This document shows positions 35,991 to 48,380 of a DNA stretch of 64,000 nt, in pieces. A program made the position numbers and the translations under genes. Numbering within the stretch: the first letter of the stretch is position 1; each line of letters starts with the position of its first letter. The stretch is from Curvularia clavata (lineage: Eukaryota), in contig CP089279.1 of assembly GCA_023920165.1 (NCBI GenBank), forward strand, positions 2,232,001-2,296,000, given 5' to 3'. The notes under the pieces were generated by a model. The model had not been told where the DNA came from. It did not search any database and saw nothing but the letters and a program-made list of their open reading frames with translations.

Positions 35991-36491
35991 CTAGCCTTCG
36001 AGCTTAGCCAGTAGCCTTGTCCTGACATTCTTTCCCAACTCTTCCAATGTTCCGCACATTTCAATTCCATACCTTTGACAAACCACTTGCACATTTCCTC
36101 TCTTCCAGAACCCTTGTGGGCAATATACTACAGCCTTTCCCGTGCCGGCATAAAGCCCCAGCTCCAGCAATGTAATCGGCTGCAACACTCCAGGATCGCT
36201 TGCAAAGTAGAAGACAATAATGTCTGCTACGCGCGCATGATCCATCTCCCATTCAACTTGATCCTTAAATGGTGGAAATGAGATGTCTTCGACCCAACTA
36301 CTGTCCCAGTCGTCACGACGCGGGTTTAAGATAGCGATGGGGAGGTCGGATAGCAAAGTCGTAAGATAGCCTTGCCAGTCTTTGGCTGGGTCAGACTGGA
36401 TGGCACCATAGAGGATGACAGATGGTCTGTCTATTTCTTTTCTGAGAGGAGGTTTATGCACAATGGCCTTGATTGGAGTAGGTTGTGACAT
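35991..36491 (-). CDS. Nucleoside 2-deoxyribosyltransferase-like protein (Nuc_deoxyri_tr2-type), 166 aa, intronless
   Basis: VILYGAI..DWQ, ILNPRRDDWDSSW, QVEWEMDH..ADIIVFYF, PITLLELG (putative catalytic Glu) and CPQGFWKRGNV pattern typical of this family. Confidence 0.85.
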   Translation of the reverse strand: MSQPTPIKAIVHKPPLRKEIDRPSVILYGAIQSDPAKDWQGYLTTLLSDLPIAILNPRRDDWDSSWVEDISFPPFKDQVEWEMDHARVADIIVFYFASDPGVLQPITLLELGLYAGTGKAVVYCPQGFWKRGNVQVVCQRYGIEMCGTLEELGKNVRTRLLAKLEG

Positions 36492-37663
36492 GCTTGAAAG
36501 TGTCGATGTCTGGGCAGTAGAGGTTGGTGTGAGCTTTACCTACTACCCCGCTATCATTACTAGCCAGGCACCGAGAGGGTTTGTGTAAGCACAGACTCCA
36601 TGCAAAGAGCTCAGCTTTTCTTGAACATCTACAGCTTCATTATGCTAAGGTCTTTGACTAGGACTTGTTTCTAATCGCAATTTTTTTTTAGATGTTCTCT
36701 GTACTTGCAAACGGTTGCCTGGCGTCAGTGTTGGTTCATATTTCTGATTTTAGGCAGATTCTTAAACACGCTTCCAGTGATTGATTCTCTTGTGAAGCCT
36801 TTAATGATGACTCGGTACAAGCGGTAGACACAAGGCCTGTCTCATGTACGTGCACTCGGACATGCTGAATCAGCTTTCCAAAATGCACGCTTGATAGAGT
36901 CGTTCTTATTCATGGACATTCATGGCAGAATTTGCTTTCTGCATTATTATCCTTGTCTTTTATATCACATCATCTCGTCATTGAGATCAGGTAATGTGTG
37001 AGAAGGTTTAAGCTCGCAGGCTTGGTGTTATCCGGCCCTGTGTATGCCTTTATGGCACGGCATATCCTGTGGAGATTGACAAGGTTAGACGACAGTATTA
37101 TCCAAACCCCCACGGAAATGGTCTACATCGTGCTTTCTGCCTTACCAGAAAAAAACGAAGGATGATCTCTCTCGAACAAGATAAAAGAGTCGAATGTGCA
37201 GTAATACCCAAAGCTAAAGTTTCAACTCTGATCACGACGATCATTGAGCATTTTGGCAATCTCGAGCGAAGATCAGCGGACAAACGATGGTCGCACCCGG
37301 TTGTCCGTGTTTGCCGAGTCCGGCCAAAGCGAGGCGAAGCAGATCATGTCCCATATTTCGGCAGACGGATAATTGGAATTATTTCACGAGATCACTGCAA
37401 TTTACACATGTGACAAATACTGAAATCAGCACACATTCGACTATCCATTCAAAATCGCAACACCAGAGAAGGGCACTGGACGCTGCTGTTAATGCGAAGA
37501 AAATCGAGATAGAATAGTTATATTGAAATAATACATGTTTTTGACCGTCAAATGTTCATAAATTGACGTGACCGAGTTGCTCTTTGTTATTGTTACAAGG
37601 ATTCTTATAAGCCTCATGTAGACTTATGAATCAAACCTCTTACACCTTTCCCTGACCATCTGT

Positions 37664-39107
37664 TCAAACTGCATGCGCGCGAGGATTGAGTTGGGCAGCT
37701 GCTGGGCGTGTCTCGTAAGTTACATCAACCGTGCGCTCGTACAATATGGCCTCCTCGCTATCACTGTCCTTGCATTCGCGCGCTCCGACTTGGATCTTGG
37801 ATTGTCGCCCTTGCATGGCTTCTTTTGCCTCAACACCGGCAAGCGGGATCTCGTCATCACCTTTGCCACCATCGACGGTGTTCATCAAAGTATCGTACTG
37901 ACGCTTCGGGCCACTCTTGGAGCTCTTCCACGAGTGTAACATACGATTTTGTCCTGACGAACCCTTCCCTGAAGAACCACGCGAACTTTCGCCGATAATG
38001 TGAGGAGCTACGTGCCTGAAGAATCGGCGCAAGGTGGGGAGGCAACAGCAAATGATGAAAAGGTTCGACTCGACGATGCTAAAAAGATGTCAGAAAAGCC
38101 TGAAGTTGTTTCAATTTCATGCGGTAGCAAAGTCACACTTACATCCATATACAACCTACAGCAATGATCCATGTTTGGTCGGGATTTGTTAGCGCTGGGA
38201 TCAAAACAACCAAGCGGATGATTGATGTGACCATGGTTCTGTGTTGTGTTAGTCCATGCTCGTTCGCTCATTCAGTCCGGCATTTTGCTTACATGGATCC
38301 AATACCGAAGATGACAGTCAGGCCAATCTTTTGCTTTCTCGGCATTTGCAAACCCCAAATGGTCGGGATTGGGATGGTTATCAGTATCACATCAGTAACA
38401 ACACCGATGACAGCAGTTGCTATGTAGATTGCTCCTCGATTGGTGCATGTCGCTACTGCGAGCAAGAGCGGATTCCAGCTGGCCGCTATCGGCTTGCATG
38501 CAAATATCAGACTGAAGAAGATGGCCGTATATGCGCCAGCGCATATGAATACGGTTGTCCAAACGGCAGCCTGGAAGCCTTGCGCAGGTGACAGGCGACT
38601 GTAGAAGATGCACAGTGTTATTTTAGACAAGGCACAGCAAGGTGCGTATACCAGAGGGGCGGCCAAGATCAGCTGTAGGTTTAGAACATCAGCAAAAGCC
38701 ACAGTTTGACCAGGAGGAAGTAATCTTGACATACTCTAGAATAGTAGCCAAATTGATCAATAGAAATCTCCCAAGCGTGGACTCCGATGACACCTGCAGC
38801 GAAGCCTCTGATCAATAGTGCTTGAGTCGCAACAGAGAGCATCCAAGCAAGAATCACGAAGACTAATCTTTGTCAGAATATTTCCGGGTCAGGGTTGTGC
38901 GTAGTACATACCATCATCAATCTGAAATTGCTTCATAAGACGAATCTTCGTATAAAGCCGTTGCACAAGGAAGGTGAGTGCTAAGATGTTCTCAGCAATG
39001 AACAGCGTATATGCTTCTGTCATCAGCGTCCTTTGAGGATTCGCGAAGTCAACCACGTATCCCTCAGGTGGAGGGATTATCGTTATGACACCATCTACGT
39101 TAGTCAT
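37664..39107 (-). CDS. PTH11-like (fungal rhodopsin-domain) 7TM integral membrane protein without CFEM. Exons 39107..38912, 38862..38735, 38672..38293, 38238..38143, 38078..37664
   Basis: PPPEGYVVDFANP, RLYTK...IDD, GVHAWE, SKITLCIFYSRL, CKPIAASW, TDVILITIPIPTIWGLQM and ESNLFIICCCLPTLR motifs. Four canonical introns keep the frame. Confidence 0.92.
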
Positions 39108-40251
39108 TATGCAATGAAAGCCGAGAAACGAACAACTAGATTGACGAGAAGTTGTAGGATCTCGGGATGGAGCCGCTCGTTATTCATATGGGGGATGAAC
39201 TTGTGGCCCCTCTCTGCTCAACCTCTATAGGAAATATGTGGGAATATCACATCGGACAGCTACTGAGAAACTCGACAGGAAATTTGCACGGATCCCCGAG
39301 ACAATCGCGGAAGAGGGTAGTGGGAACGTTGCATGATCCGTGTTAATCGCACCGAATAGCTCGCTTCAACACCGACAATCGCGCTGTAAAAGGCGCGTTG
39401 CAGGCCAAGCAAAAACGCACGGAGTTCTTTGCACACCCAGTCAGATTTCGCCATTCAACTAAGCATTGATACCGTAACTGTACCACAGTTCACTGGCAGT
39501 TCCCTTGCGGTTCACTGGTAGTCCATGAACGGCTTACCAACAGTCATAAGAAACGACTCCGGCACTGATTTGTGATATAATCATGACAATGAAGCAACAA
39601 GGGAGGCATAACAGAAGGGAAGTAACCCGAACGAAAACATGATCATGGCTAGTGCAACTCAAGGATCGTAAACTGGATACCTGAGCGAAGCATCGCTATC
39701 CCAGGACTTGAATCCTCTTCCTCGCCTATAGACTTGGAATCTAAGCCCCTGGGGTCCGGTTTGACGTACTTTCACTTAAGCAACACGTGGGATGGACACT
39801 GACACGCATTCAAGCCACCCTTGGCGGGAGAGGCCGGGGCTAAACTCTTCTCACCAAACGGGCCGTCATTCGGGCCGGTTCGTGGGGGCTAAGTGGATCC
39901 TGATGGCTGCCAAAAGCGAACCTCCGCCCTGATCAGTGTCAATCACTAACGAATTGCTCTGGGGCCAATATCCTCCAGGCCAACATGCGGCTCTAGTTCC
40001 TTCAGGGGAGGCACCCAAAATGCGACCTACAGCGGCTCGCAAAAAATTCATCGGCCGCTAGACCTTCCGAAGCAGGGTAGCATTGATCGTCTTCATGAGA
40101 ATTGCTTGACACGCAAGTATGCAAATCGCTTGCCGTCTTCCGTAATATCCTCGGCCACTCTGCCAGTAGTCATTAATATGTCTCTCCTCGACCCAGCATA
40201 CTGGTGTAACATCCTCGTCCCAACGTGCCAAGCTACTGTAGTTGTCACACC

Positions 40252-42044
40252 ATGAAGACGTTTACCCCGACGTTGGTTGCCCTCATGGGCCTGTACGAGG
40301 AAGTTGGTGCCGCTGCACGTCCCCTGAAGCTAAACGGAGACGTTTCAGTAGTCAAAGGTGCCAATGCTGCTTCTTGCGTAAGTCACGTCAACTTCCACTT
40401 ACCATCGCAATGGGTCAAAGCCAGAGTACCGCTAACGCTATTCAACAGTGTGCAGCATTGAAAAATGCTGGCCTGACTCACATCTACATGCAAAATGACC
40501 AGCAGTACAAGGATCGAACAGAGTCGTACTGGTCTGTTAGTGCCCAGCTGCATCCCAAGTGCATCGTCCAGCCTGTCTCTACCGCAGAGGTCGCCACGGC
40601 CATCAAGACCCTTGGTGGTTCCAACAAGGGCTGCCAGTTCGCCGTCAGAGGTGGAGGTCACACGACCTGGGCCGGCTCCAACAACATTGACAATGGAGTA
40701 ACGATTGACCTTGGTCTCATGAACGAGACCTCTTACGATGAAGCCACCAACCTTGCAAAGATCCCGCCTGGAAGCAGGTGGGGAGGCGTCTACGAAGCTC
40801 TCGAGCCCCACGGCGTCACTGTTGCTGGTGGTCGAGCAAGCACCGTCGGTGTGGCTGGATTCCTTACTGGAGGAGGCAACTCCTTCTTCACTGCTCAGCG
40901 AGGTTGGGCCTGCGACCAGGTCAAGAACTATGAGGTTGTTCTTTCCAGCGGGTTAGTGAGCTTGTACTCTATGACATCTAATGTGTATTAACTCTGCATA
41001 GTGAGGTGATCAACGCGAACACCACGCACAACAGCGACCTATGGCTCGCTCTCAAGGGCGGATCCTCCAACTTTGGTGTCGTCACTCGCTTTGACGTAGA
41101 AGCCTTCAAGCAGGGTAACCTTTGGGGAGGCACCATGTCGTACTCCAAGAACTATTCTCAGGCGCACATTGACGCCTACACTGCCTGGGTTGACAACGTT
41201 GAAAACTACCCCGAGGGCTCTAGCATCATCTTCTGGAGCTATCTCCCGGCCGTCAAGGACATTGTCATCCTCTCTGCGTACGAAGACACCGCTGGCAATG
41301 TTGCTCCTAAAGGATTCGAAAAGTTCCTGGCCATCCCATCCCAGTCCTCCACCATGAGGCTGACCACCCACAAGAGCCTTACTGATGAACTCGAGCAAGC
41401 TACCGGATACCGGTATGTCTAGAAACTGGATGATTGTCTGCTTCTTTACTAACAGCCGCGCAGAGACGTTTGGTTCACGATGAACTTCAAGAACGACCCT
41501 AAGATCTACCAGCACATTGTTGAGGGTCATGAGAAGTTTGTCAACGAGTGGAAGGCAACAAGCAGCGACCCAGACTTCATCACGCAATGCATGTTCCAAG
41601 CCATCCCGACCGTCTTCGCCAAGCACAGCGCCGAGCGCGGTGGCAACGTCCTCGGTCTCGAGCGCGTTGGCGAAAACTCCGTCATGCTTCTTTTTGACAT
41701 TGCCGTCAAGGGTGCCGACACTGAGGTCGCCGCACGCGCATTGCTTAGGAAATACACCGAAGAGTTCCAGAAATTTGCCGCTAGCCAGGGTGGCTTGGTT
41801 GACTGGCAGTACCTCAACTACGCCGACTCCTACCAGGTAAGATCCCTGTTGTCTACACTACTATAGCGCCAACGGGTTTTATTAACACTCAGAACAGAAC
41901 CCACTTGGCAGCTTCGGCGCCGATAACGTTGCTAAGATCCGTGATGCGGCGAAGAAGTACGACCCTGTTGGCATGTTCCAGACTCAGTCTCCTGGTGGCT
42001 TCAAGATCTCCAAGGTCACTGGGGCTGGACATCGGGAGTTGTAG
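40252..42044 (+). CDS. Secretory-pathway FAD-linked oxidoreductase (VAO/berberine-bridge-like). Exons 40252..40377, 40449..40951, 41002..41412, 41464..41836, 41898..42044
   Basis: Signal-peptide-like N-terminus. PKCIVQP, FAVRGGGH (covalent-FAD His), VAGGRASTVGVAGFLTGGG, ALKGGSSNFGVVTRF, YLNYA and KYDP...FQ...PGGFK motifs. Ends in HREL. Confidence 0.93.
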
Positions 42045-42189
42045 GCAGTGAAATGCTTGATTCATATCTGTAGTACTCAACTAAAACAAGAATTTGATAA
42101 CTACTCATAGAAGCACACAAACGAGATAATTTCTTCTCTCCCCTGTATGTGCCTGAGTCGTCCTAGAATGTAACCCACCGAGTCGGTTC

Positions 42190-42190
<1 letters not shown>

Positions 42191-42229
<39 letters not shown>
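42191..42229. repeat. (AC)~19 microsatellite
   Basis: Perfect AC dinucleotide run. Confidence 0.97.
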
Positions 42230-42230
<1 letters not shown>

Positions 42231-43045
42231 GAGTGCTATAGCTGCATGATGGCAGCACGTCAAAGGAGCGATTTGCAGATCTTATCTTCCAGGTTTGACA
42301 TAATATACACTGTACACGTACGGAGGAATACACACGTAACCCCCACGGAACGAGTCGCTCCCAGAATCGCTATAGGAAAGTATCCGTACACCCGTCCTGT
42401 ACATACTACACACATATTCCTGCCATCGCATGACGCGGCCCAGCACTAGTACCAGAATGACCATGAGCCCCGACTAGATTCACCCATTTATTGGTTCAGA
42501 CGAGTGAGCGACACTAAACCCCCCGTACAAGACGTCTTTTTTTTTCCTTCCATTCTTCACACTTTCGGTATGTCTTTCCCTATGCTTGAAGGGGGCGCTC
42601 CTGCGCTCCCTGGCCCCGTTTTTCGCCACAACTCCCGCTTCCACTTACCTTTTTATCTGCTCGGACGACTCGAGGTTCCGCCCCACCAAAGGCTTTATTC
42701 TCCGTGTCCTATCAGATGAGGTCTCGGGGGGACAGCTTCAAATCTCCGCTGCAATGTGCATGTCTGGACCCAGTTGAAGGAAGAATCACGACTCAGGAAT
42801 GGCTTGCACTTTGCATTGATAATATCACATTTACCTTACTTGAAACCATTTGTTTTTTCTCTTTAAGATTCCTTAAGAGATGGAAGAGGTTGCAAAGAGA
42901 CCACCAGCTCTTTTCCTGAAAGTCCCAGTATTGTCGTAAATTTCTAGGCATGCAAAGCAGCCGAGTTTGAAGTACTTTGGTAACTTTGGACCAGTGCTGT
43001 TTTGAATAGGGTGGACGGTCCTCGTACGGCGTACCCATCTTCCCG

Positions 43046-43075
43046 TCTCGCCTCGCCTCGCCTCGCCTCGTCTCG
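43046..43075. repeat. (CCTCG)n pentanucleotide repeat
   Basis: tctcgcctcgcctcgcctcgcctcgtctcg read directly. Confidence 0.85.
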
Positions 43076-44584
43076 CGGCAATCCCATCCCCGCATGATTG
43101 GCTGGAAGCAATTCCCAGACCCAGTCGGTATCTTTGCATCCTCGCACGCCCAACAACTTCCGCGCATACATTTGCCCCCGATGGGCGGAACTTGGGCTGC
43201 CTGAGCAGCAGGTGCGCAAATCGCAAGGAAAAGCGACGGGTTGATGCGGTACCGCTCCCGTTCTGTCCGTAGGAAGACGGCATTTGAGAGGAATGCCGTC
43301 ATGCATTACCCAGCTGCTTGGATACTTTGCTAGCATGGATGTTGCTGTGTCACGTATCCGCCGCCACGGGATTGCTTTGCGCATGTGAGTCCAACACCAG
43401 ATCAATGCCGTGTGATTGATTCTATATGGTTTTCACTGGGATGCGGGATGTTGGGCCTCGCTTGCTCAAGCTGTGAGATGGATAGACAGTTGCTTGGAGT
43501 TGTTTAGATCGCCAAGATTGCACGGCGGGAGGAAGTTGGGGGGGGGGAGGAACATCATGTGGAGACTATGCGAGAGTGATCGCTCAAAATTTCGAGATTG
43601 GGAATCTCCTGCATAAGCGCCTTGCTTGGCTGGAGTTGCACGTAGGAAGTGCAGGGTGTCTCGACTGCGATGTGTTCCTTTGCTCGTATGCGTCAAGTGT
43701 ACTGTGGCCGCTCGATCCAGACTGACGTCTGGATATAGAAATTTTTGAGCTTGTTGGAGTTGCTCAGGATCGTGAGGGATGGATACACTTGTTTTGCTTT
43801 TCGGCCGAGCCGGGGCGTTTTCGGTCAGAATGGGTAGGTATCCTGGGGATTGAATGCTATGCCAAGCAGCAGAAGATAATCGAGGGGGCCGTTGCAAAAC
43901 CACTGTGGTTGCTGATATCAATGTGGATTGATAAGGACAGCATGCTAATTTAGCTTTGAAGGAAGACATTGGTCAAGCTTTGCTGAGCAGCATATATGTA
44001 GCTTTGGCAGCACCGTGATCAATAAAACACATACCAACCAGGAGCTATGAGGCGACGATAGTAATAGATCTTTTCTGAAAGGAGGTTTTTTGGCATCGTA
44101 GCGTATAACCCTGTAAACATTGTGGCTCTAAGTGGGTATCTTGGACACTCTTAGTTACCTATTTAGATCTCGAATGTACATAAACTGCGAGATAAAATAC
44201 CAAACCTACTTGCTCTCAACAACAATGCCAGAGCTCTCTGTTCTTCATTCTCTCCTTGCTCCTCTCCTTGTCCTTAAGAGTGTGTAAATCAAGATATGTG
44301 AATTGAACATTCTATTTTGTATGCATTTATATAACTAAATGATGTGTCCGTGAGTGCCCCCGCAAATGCCTTACAGTATGCGATGCATGAAAGCAAGCAA
44401 CAAAACAACCGTTCGTAGCGGACAGAACAGAGACCAAGTGAAAAAGACTCGAGAAGAACGATATTACCATTAAACAAAGCTGCTAAGAAGATTCCAAGTT
44501 AGTTTACATTTTATCCATCTCCAGAGAGTATAACCATAAAAGTTTGCTGGATATCATTGAATTCACTGTATAAAAATATAGCCA

Positions 44585-46415
44585 TTATGCCTGTCCTTCG
44601 CCATGACCATCATCACCCTCTTCTTTCCATCTACTGCGTAGCCACTTCAATTTAAACCAGTCGCTCAAGGCCTCTTGGCTTTTGCTTTCTGAACCGTAGG
44701 CCCAGCTCCTCCTGACTCGGGATGTATCGGGCAAGTCTGCGTCAGACAGGTCGCCGTCTGAATCAGGATGGTGAAGTAATGGTGAGGAAGAGGAAGGGTC
44801 GGCGGGCTTCTTCCCCTGAGATACACTTCTGGTTTGCCGGCCAAGGCCTTCAAACCAGGACCGTCGACGCATCTGGTTGAGCCATGCTGACTGTGGTTTA
44901 TTTCGTCGTGGTGGCAGAGTGCCTGATCTTGGGCGGTGGTCAAGATCCACTGATCGAATGGCGGGTGAGGGCAAGGTGTCGCGGTCATTGAGCTCATCCC
45001 ATATCTCGTGCGTTTCCTCGGAAATGGTCAGGCGCCGCCTTCGCTGCGGTCTGCGGGGATGTGTGTTCGTCTTTAGAGTATTCAATGCCTCAGTGTCCAA
45101 GGATAATCGCTTCTTAGGATTGACTAGAGGCCGAGCAGGGCCAGCTGGTGCCCGGGCTAGTAGTGGTGTCGTTTCGTCAAGAGACCTGGTCTTGGTGTGT
45201 GCAGTGAAGTAGCCGCGCTCGCCTCCAGCTTCCTCATCGGTGAGTTTTGGAGATGTAGGACCTTCGGGAATATGGCTATGTGTTATGCCAATACCCGGCT
45301 GAAGCACCGTGTTGGGTATCGGAATCCTACCCACCTTGGTTGCTACTGGCGACATTGGTTCTTCCTCATTGTCCTCGAGACGCCAGCTCAAGCAGACAAC
45401 ACCTGCAAGAAGAACCACGGTGCCGAGAGCGATGAGTCCGGCATGAAGACTGGAAAGGCGATCGCCCTGGTCGAAGTAAATCAATCCATCTATAATGGCA
45501 ATTATGTTGTAGACACAAAAGACTAGCGGATAGAGGACACTGGTGCTACACAACTTGAGTCCACGATGCATGTAGTAGAGTTGGGTTAAGGCGAATACAA
45601 CCAATCCGACCAGGATCATCCAGGACTGCCAACGGTTGAATTCATTGTGGCGATCGACAATAGTGCGAACCAACAATTCAACGGCGCTCTTAGCAATGAG
45701 CAGCGAGTGGGCGGATAGGATACCGCTGACGCATCCAAAGAACATTCCTCGTATCAGGCGCAGTCGGGGGGTGGCGCGGGGATACATGCGCTTTAGGATC
45801 CAGTTGGCGGCGACCAAGATAACCACGACGAGGCCTGTAATGCTCATCCAAATGAGAAAACTATTCCGTCCCAGCAGAGCCAGCAACTGGTCCAGATTAT
45901 GCGATGGTTCGGCAATGGCGCCAAAAAGGGCTATGAGCAATGCGCCGGCGGCGACGAGTAATGTACCGACAAGCGAATATCGTGTAAAGGGTTCGCTGAG
46001 GATGATGGAGGCGCATATCGAGTTGAAGACGAGGCCTGACGCCTGGAGGGTAGAGAGAACGGGAAGGGGAAGGGTGGTGATCTGGATGGTGCTGCCGACA
46101 ATGTTTGCCACGACGAACATGAACATGCCCAGCTGTCTCGAGTCAGCGAACCGGCCGCATATGCAGCAAAAGTGTGCGTACCTGCCATCGCCGCCGCCTG
46201 TAGGGTGGTCGTCGCTCGTCGTCTTCGTCCTTTTCTTCCTCGAGGAGATGCGACTTGCGCTGAAGCGTAAGGCCGACGCTCTGGATGCTAGTCGAGGCGA
46301 GGCCGACCATTACTCCCAGCTGTCGTCGGGTCAGTCAGCAACTCTATCATCCTGAAACCAGTGTTCTCGTGAGTGGACTCACAGCAACGCTCGCGCCTGG
46401 CGACAACTCGACCAT
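44585..46415 (-). CDS. NIPA-family Mg2+ transporter-like membrane protein. Exons 46415..46383, 46319..46182, 46132..44585
   Basis: Spliced N-terminus MVELSPGASVALGVMVGLASTSIQSVGLTLQRKSH...PPYRRRRWQLGMFMFVVANIVGS...LSTLQASGLVFN. About 9 TM segments, QLYYMHRGLKLCSTSVLYP and a long cytosolic tail. Confidence 0.88.
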
Positions 46416-46840
46416 GGTTGTCGATTGGTGGTTGTCGGTGGATTGCACCTGTGGCTACCTGGGGGTGTAGCGCATGCTGTGCGAGAGGGCAGCGAAGGGA
46501 AGGGGGATGTGAGCCCGAGAGCGTTGGGGGCAGCAGGAGGGAGCAGTTGGCGGTGGCAGCGGGCAGCGTGGTCGTGGTCGTAGTCGTAGTCGCGAAACGT
46601 CACGCTGGCGAGTCGGTGAAGTTGGGGGGTCGCGGGCTAGCCAATGGGTGCGGCAGGGGTCACCCGACTGATGATGTAGTAGCGAGGGAAGCTGGCGCGA
46701 CCAAGACCGAACGGCACCCGCACGCACAGGCGGGCCCAAGGCGAAACCAAACAAACAAGCAAAAACAAAAGAGGCACGAATAAAGAAACGCGCGCCGGTG
46801 GTTCCAACGCGCGACTCGGTCCCGGACTGAGAGAGGCGGG

Positions 46841-46866
46841 CTGTGGCTGTGGCTGTGGCTGTGGCT
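46841..46866. repeat. (CTGTGG)x4 repeat in the NIPA/VMA4 divergent promoter
   Basis: ctgtggctgtggctgtggctgtggct read directly. Confidence 0.85.
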
Positions 46867-47061
46867 GGAGCAGAGCAGAGCAACGGCGGGCGCGGGCGCG
46901 GGCAGTCGTCTGGGGCTGCCGCCGCCGCCCATTGGCCAGGCCAGCACATGAACATCGAGCAGCTCGTCCAAGCTCCGTCACTGCCCATAACCATATCGCC
47001 CACCAACCCTCCATCGCCATATACCCACCCCTCTCGCAACCACCCCCACACCGTCGCCATC

Positions 47062-47916
47062 ATGTCGCAAGTCCACGCCCTCTCCGACGACCAGGTAGGA
47101 TGCCTGCCCCAGCCGCGCCAGCAGCTCCAGGCAGCTCGAGAGCTCCCCACCTACGTCAACAGCACGCGCAGCTAACAAGCCTCCCCATGGCAGGTCGCCG
47201 GCGAGCTCAAGAAGATGACGGCCTTTATCCGCCAAGAGGCCATGGAAAAGGCAAACGAGATCCGCATGAAGGCCGACGAGGAGTTTGAGAGCGAAAAGGC
47301 CAAGCTGGTGCGCCAGGAGCAGGCCTCCATCGACGCTACCTACGAGAAGAAGTTCAAGCAGGCCAGCATGTCGCAGCAGATTACCCGCTCCACCGTCTCC
47401 AACAAGAGCCGATTACGCATCCTGTCCGCCCGCCAGGAGCTGCTCAACCGCCTGTTTGAGGACGCCGAGAAGAAGCTGGCCGACGTATCCAAGGACAAGA
47501 AGAAGTACCAGACAATCATGAAGAACCTCATCCTCGAGGGTGCATACGCCCTCAACGAGGACAAGCTGCAGGTCAAGGTGCGCAAGGCAGATGTCGACCT
47601 GGCTAAGAAGGCCATCGAGGAGGCCCAGACCGAGTACAAGAAGAACGTTTCCAAGGACGTCACCATCACCGTCGACGAGAGCGACCCGCTGCCCGAAGGA
47701 TCGTAAGTTTTTCTCGATTCTGCCTGATTCGGCCAGGCCTGTGACTAACTTTGCTGCAACAACAGCGCTGGTGGTGCCATTATCGTCGGCACAAACGGCA
47801 AGATCGACATCAACAACACCTTCCAAGAACGACTGAAGCTGCTCGAGTCCCAGGCCCTGCCCTCCATCAGGGTCACGCTTTTCGGCGAAAACGAAAACCG
47901 AAAGTTCCACGACTAA
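47062..47916 (+). CDS. VMA4: V-type H+-ATPase V1 subunit E. Exons 47062..47094, 47194..47702, 47766..47916
   Basis: MSQVHALSDDQVAGELKKMTAFIRQEAMEKANEI..KADEEF..EK, ...AGGAIIVGTNGKIDINNTFQERL...LPSIRVTLFGENENRKFHD. Confidence 0.97.
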
Positions 47917-48380
47917 AAAGCTCATCGGGACGGCGACCCGGCGACTTCTTATCATCATGACCACCCCCATTGGCTCTTCATCCACGTGACGCAGAAATAG
48001 AGGGATAAAGGGCTTTTCATTTACCAAACACTTGGCGCGCAGACGCTTCCTGCCGAGTTAGCTCTACATATGCGAGGAAGAAGGAGAAGACATTTTCTGT
48101 ACACTACTCGGAGAGAGAGAGGTAGCGAGTCAAACTTTGCACATTTACCGTACATGCGGTTTTAGAGGGTCATCTTTGGTTGTTGCTCAATGTTTTCTAC
48201 ATATGCATATGCTGACCGTAGTCGCCACTAGCTTACACTCGTATATCGTCCCGCTAATCGTTGCGCCCATATAGATCCAAAGGAGTAGGTAGCTCATTAT
48301 ACTCCGTGTGTTTTCGTCGTAAATCGTTTCAACAAACCCAAACTTGTGTACATGTAAAAAGAAAAAAAACAGACCTGGTA

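Noticed and set aside
43466..43969. 167-aa ATG-initiated ORF in the 42-44.5 kb gap
   Set aside because: No recognisable domain or coding-like composition. It cannot be supported without expression data.
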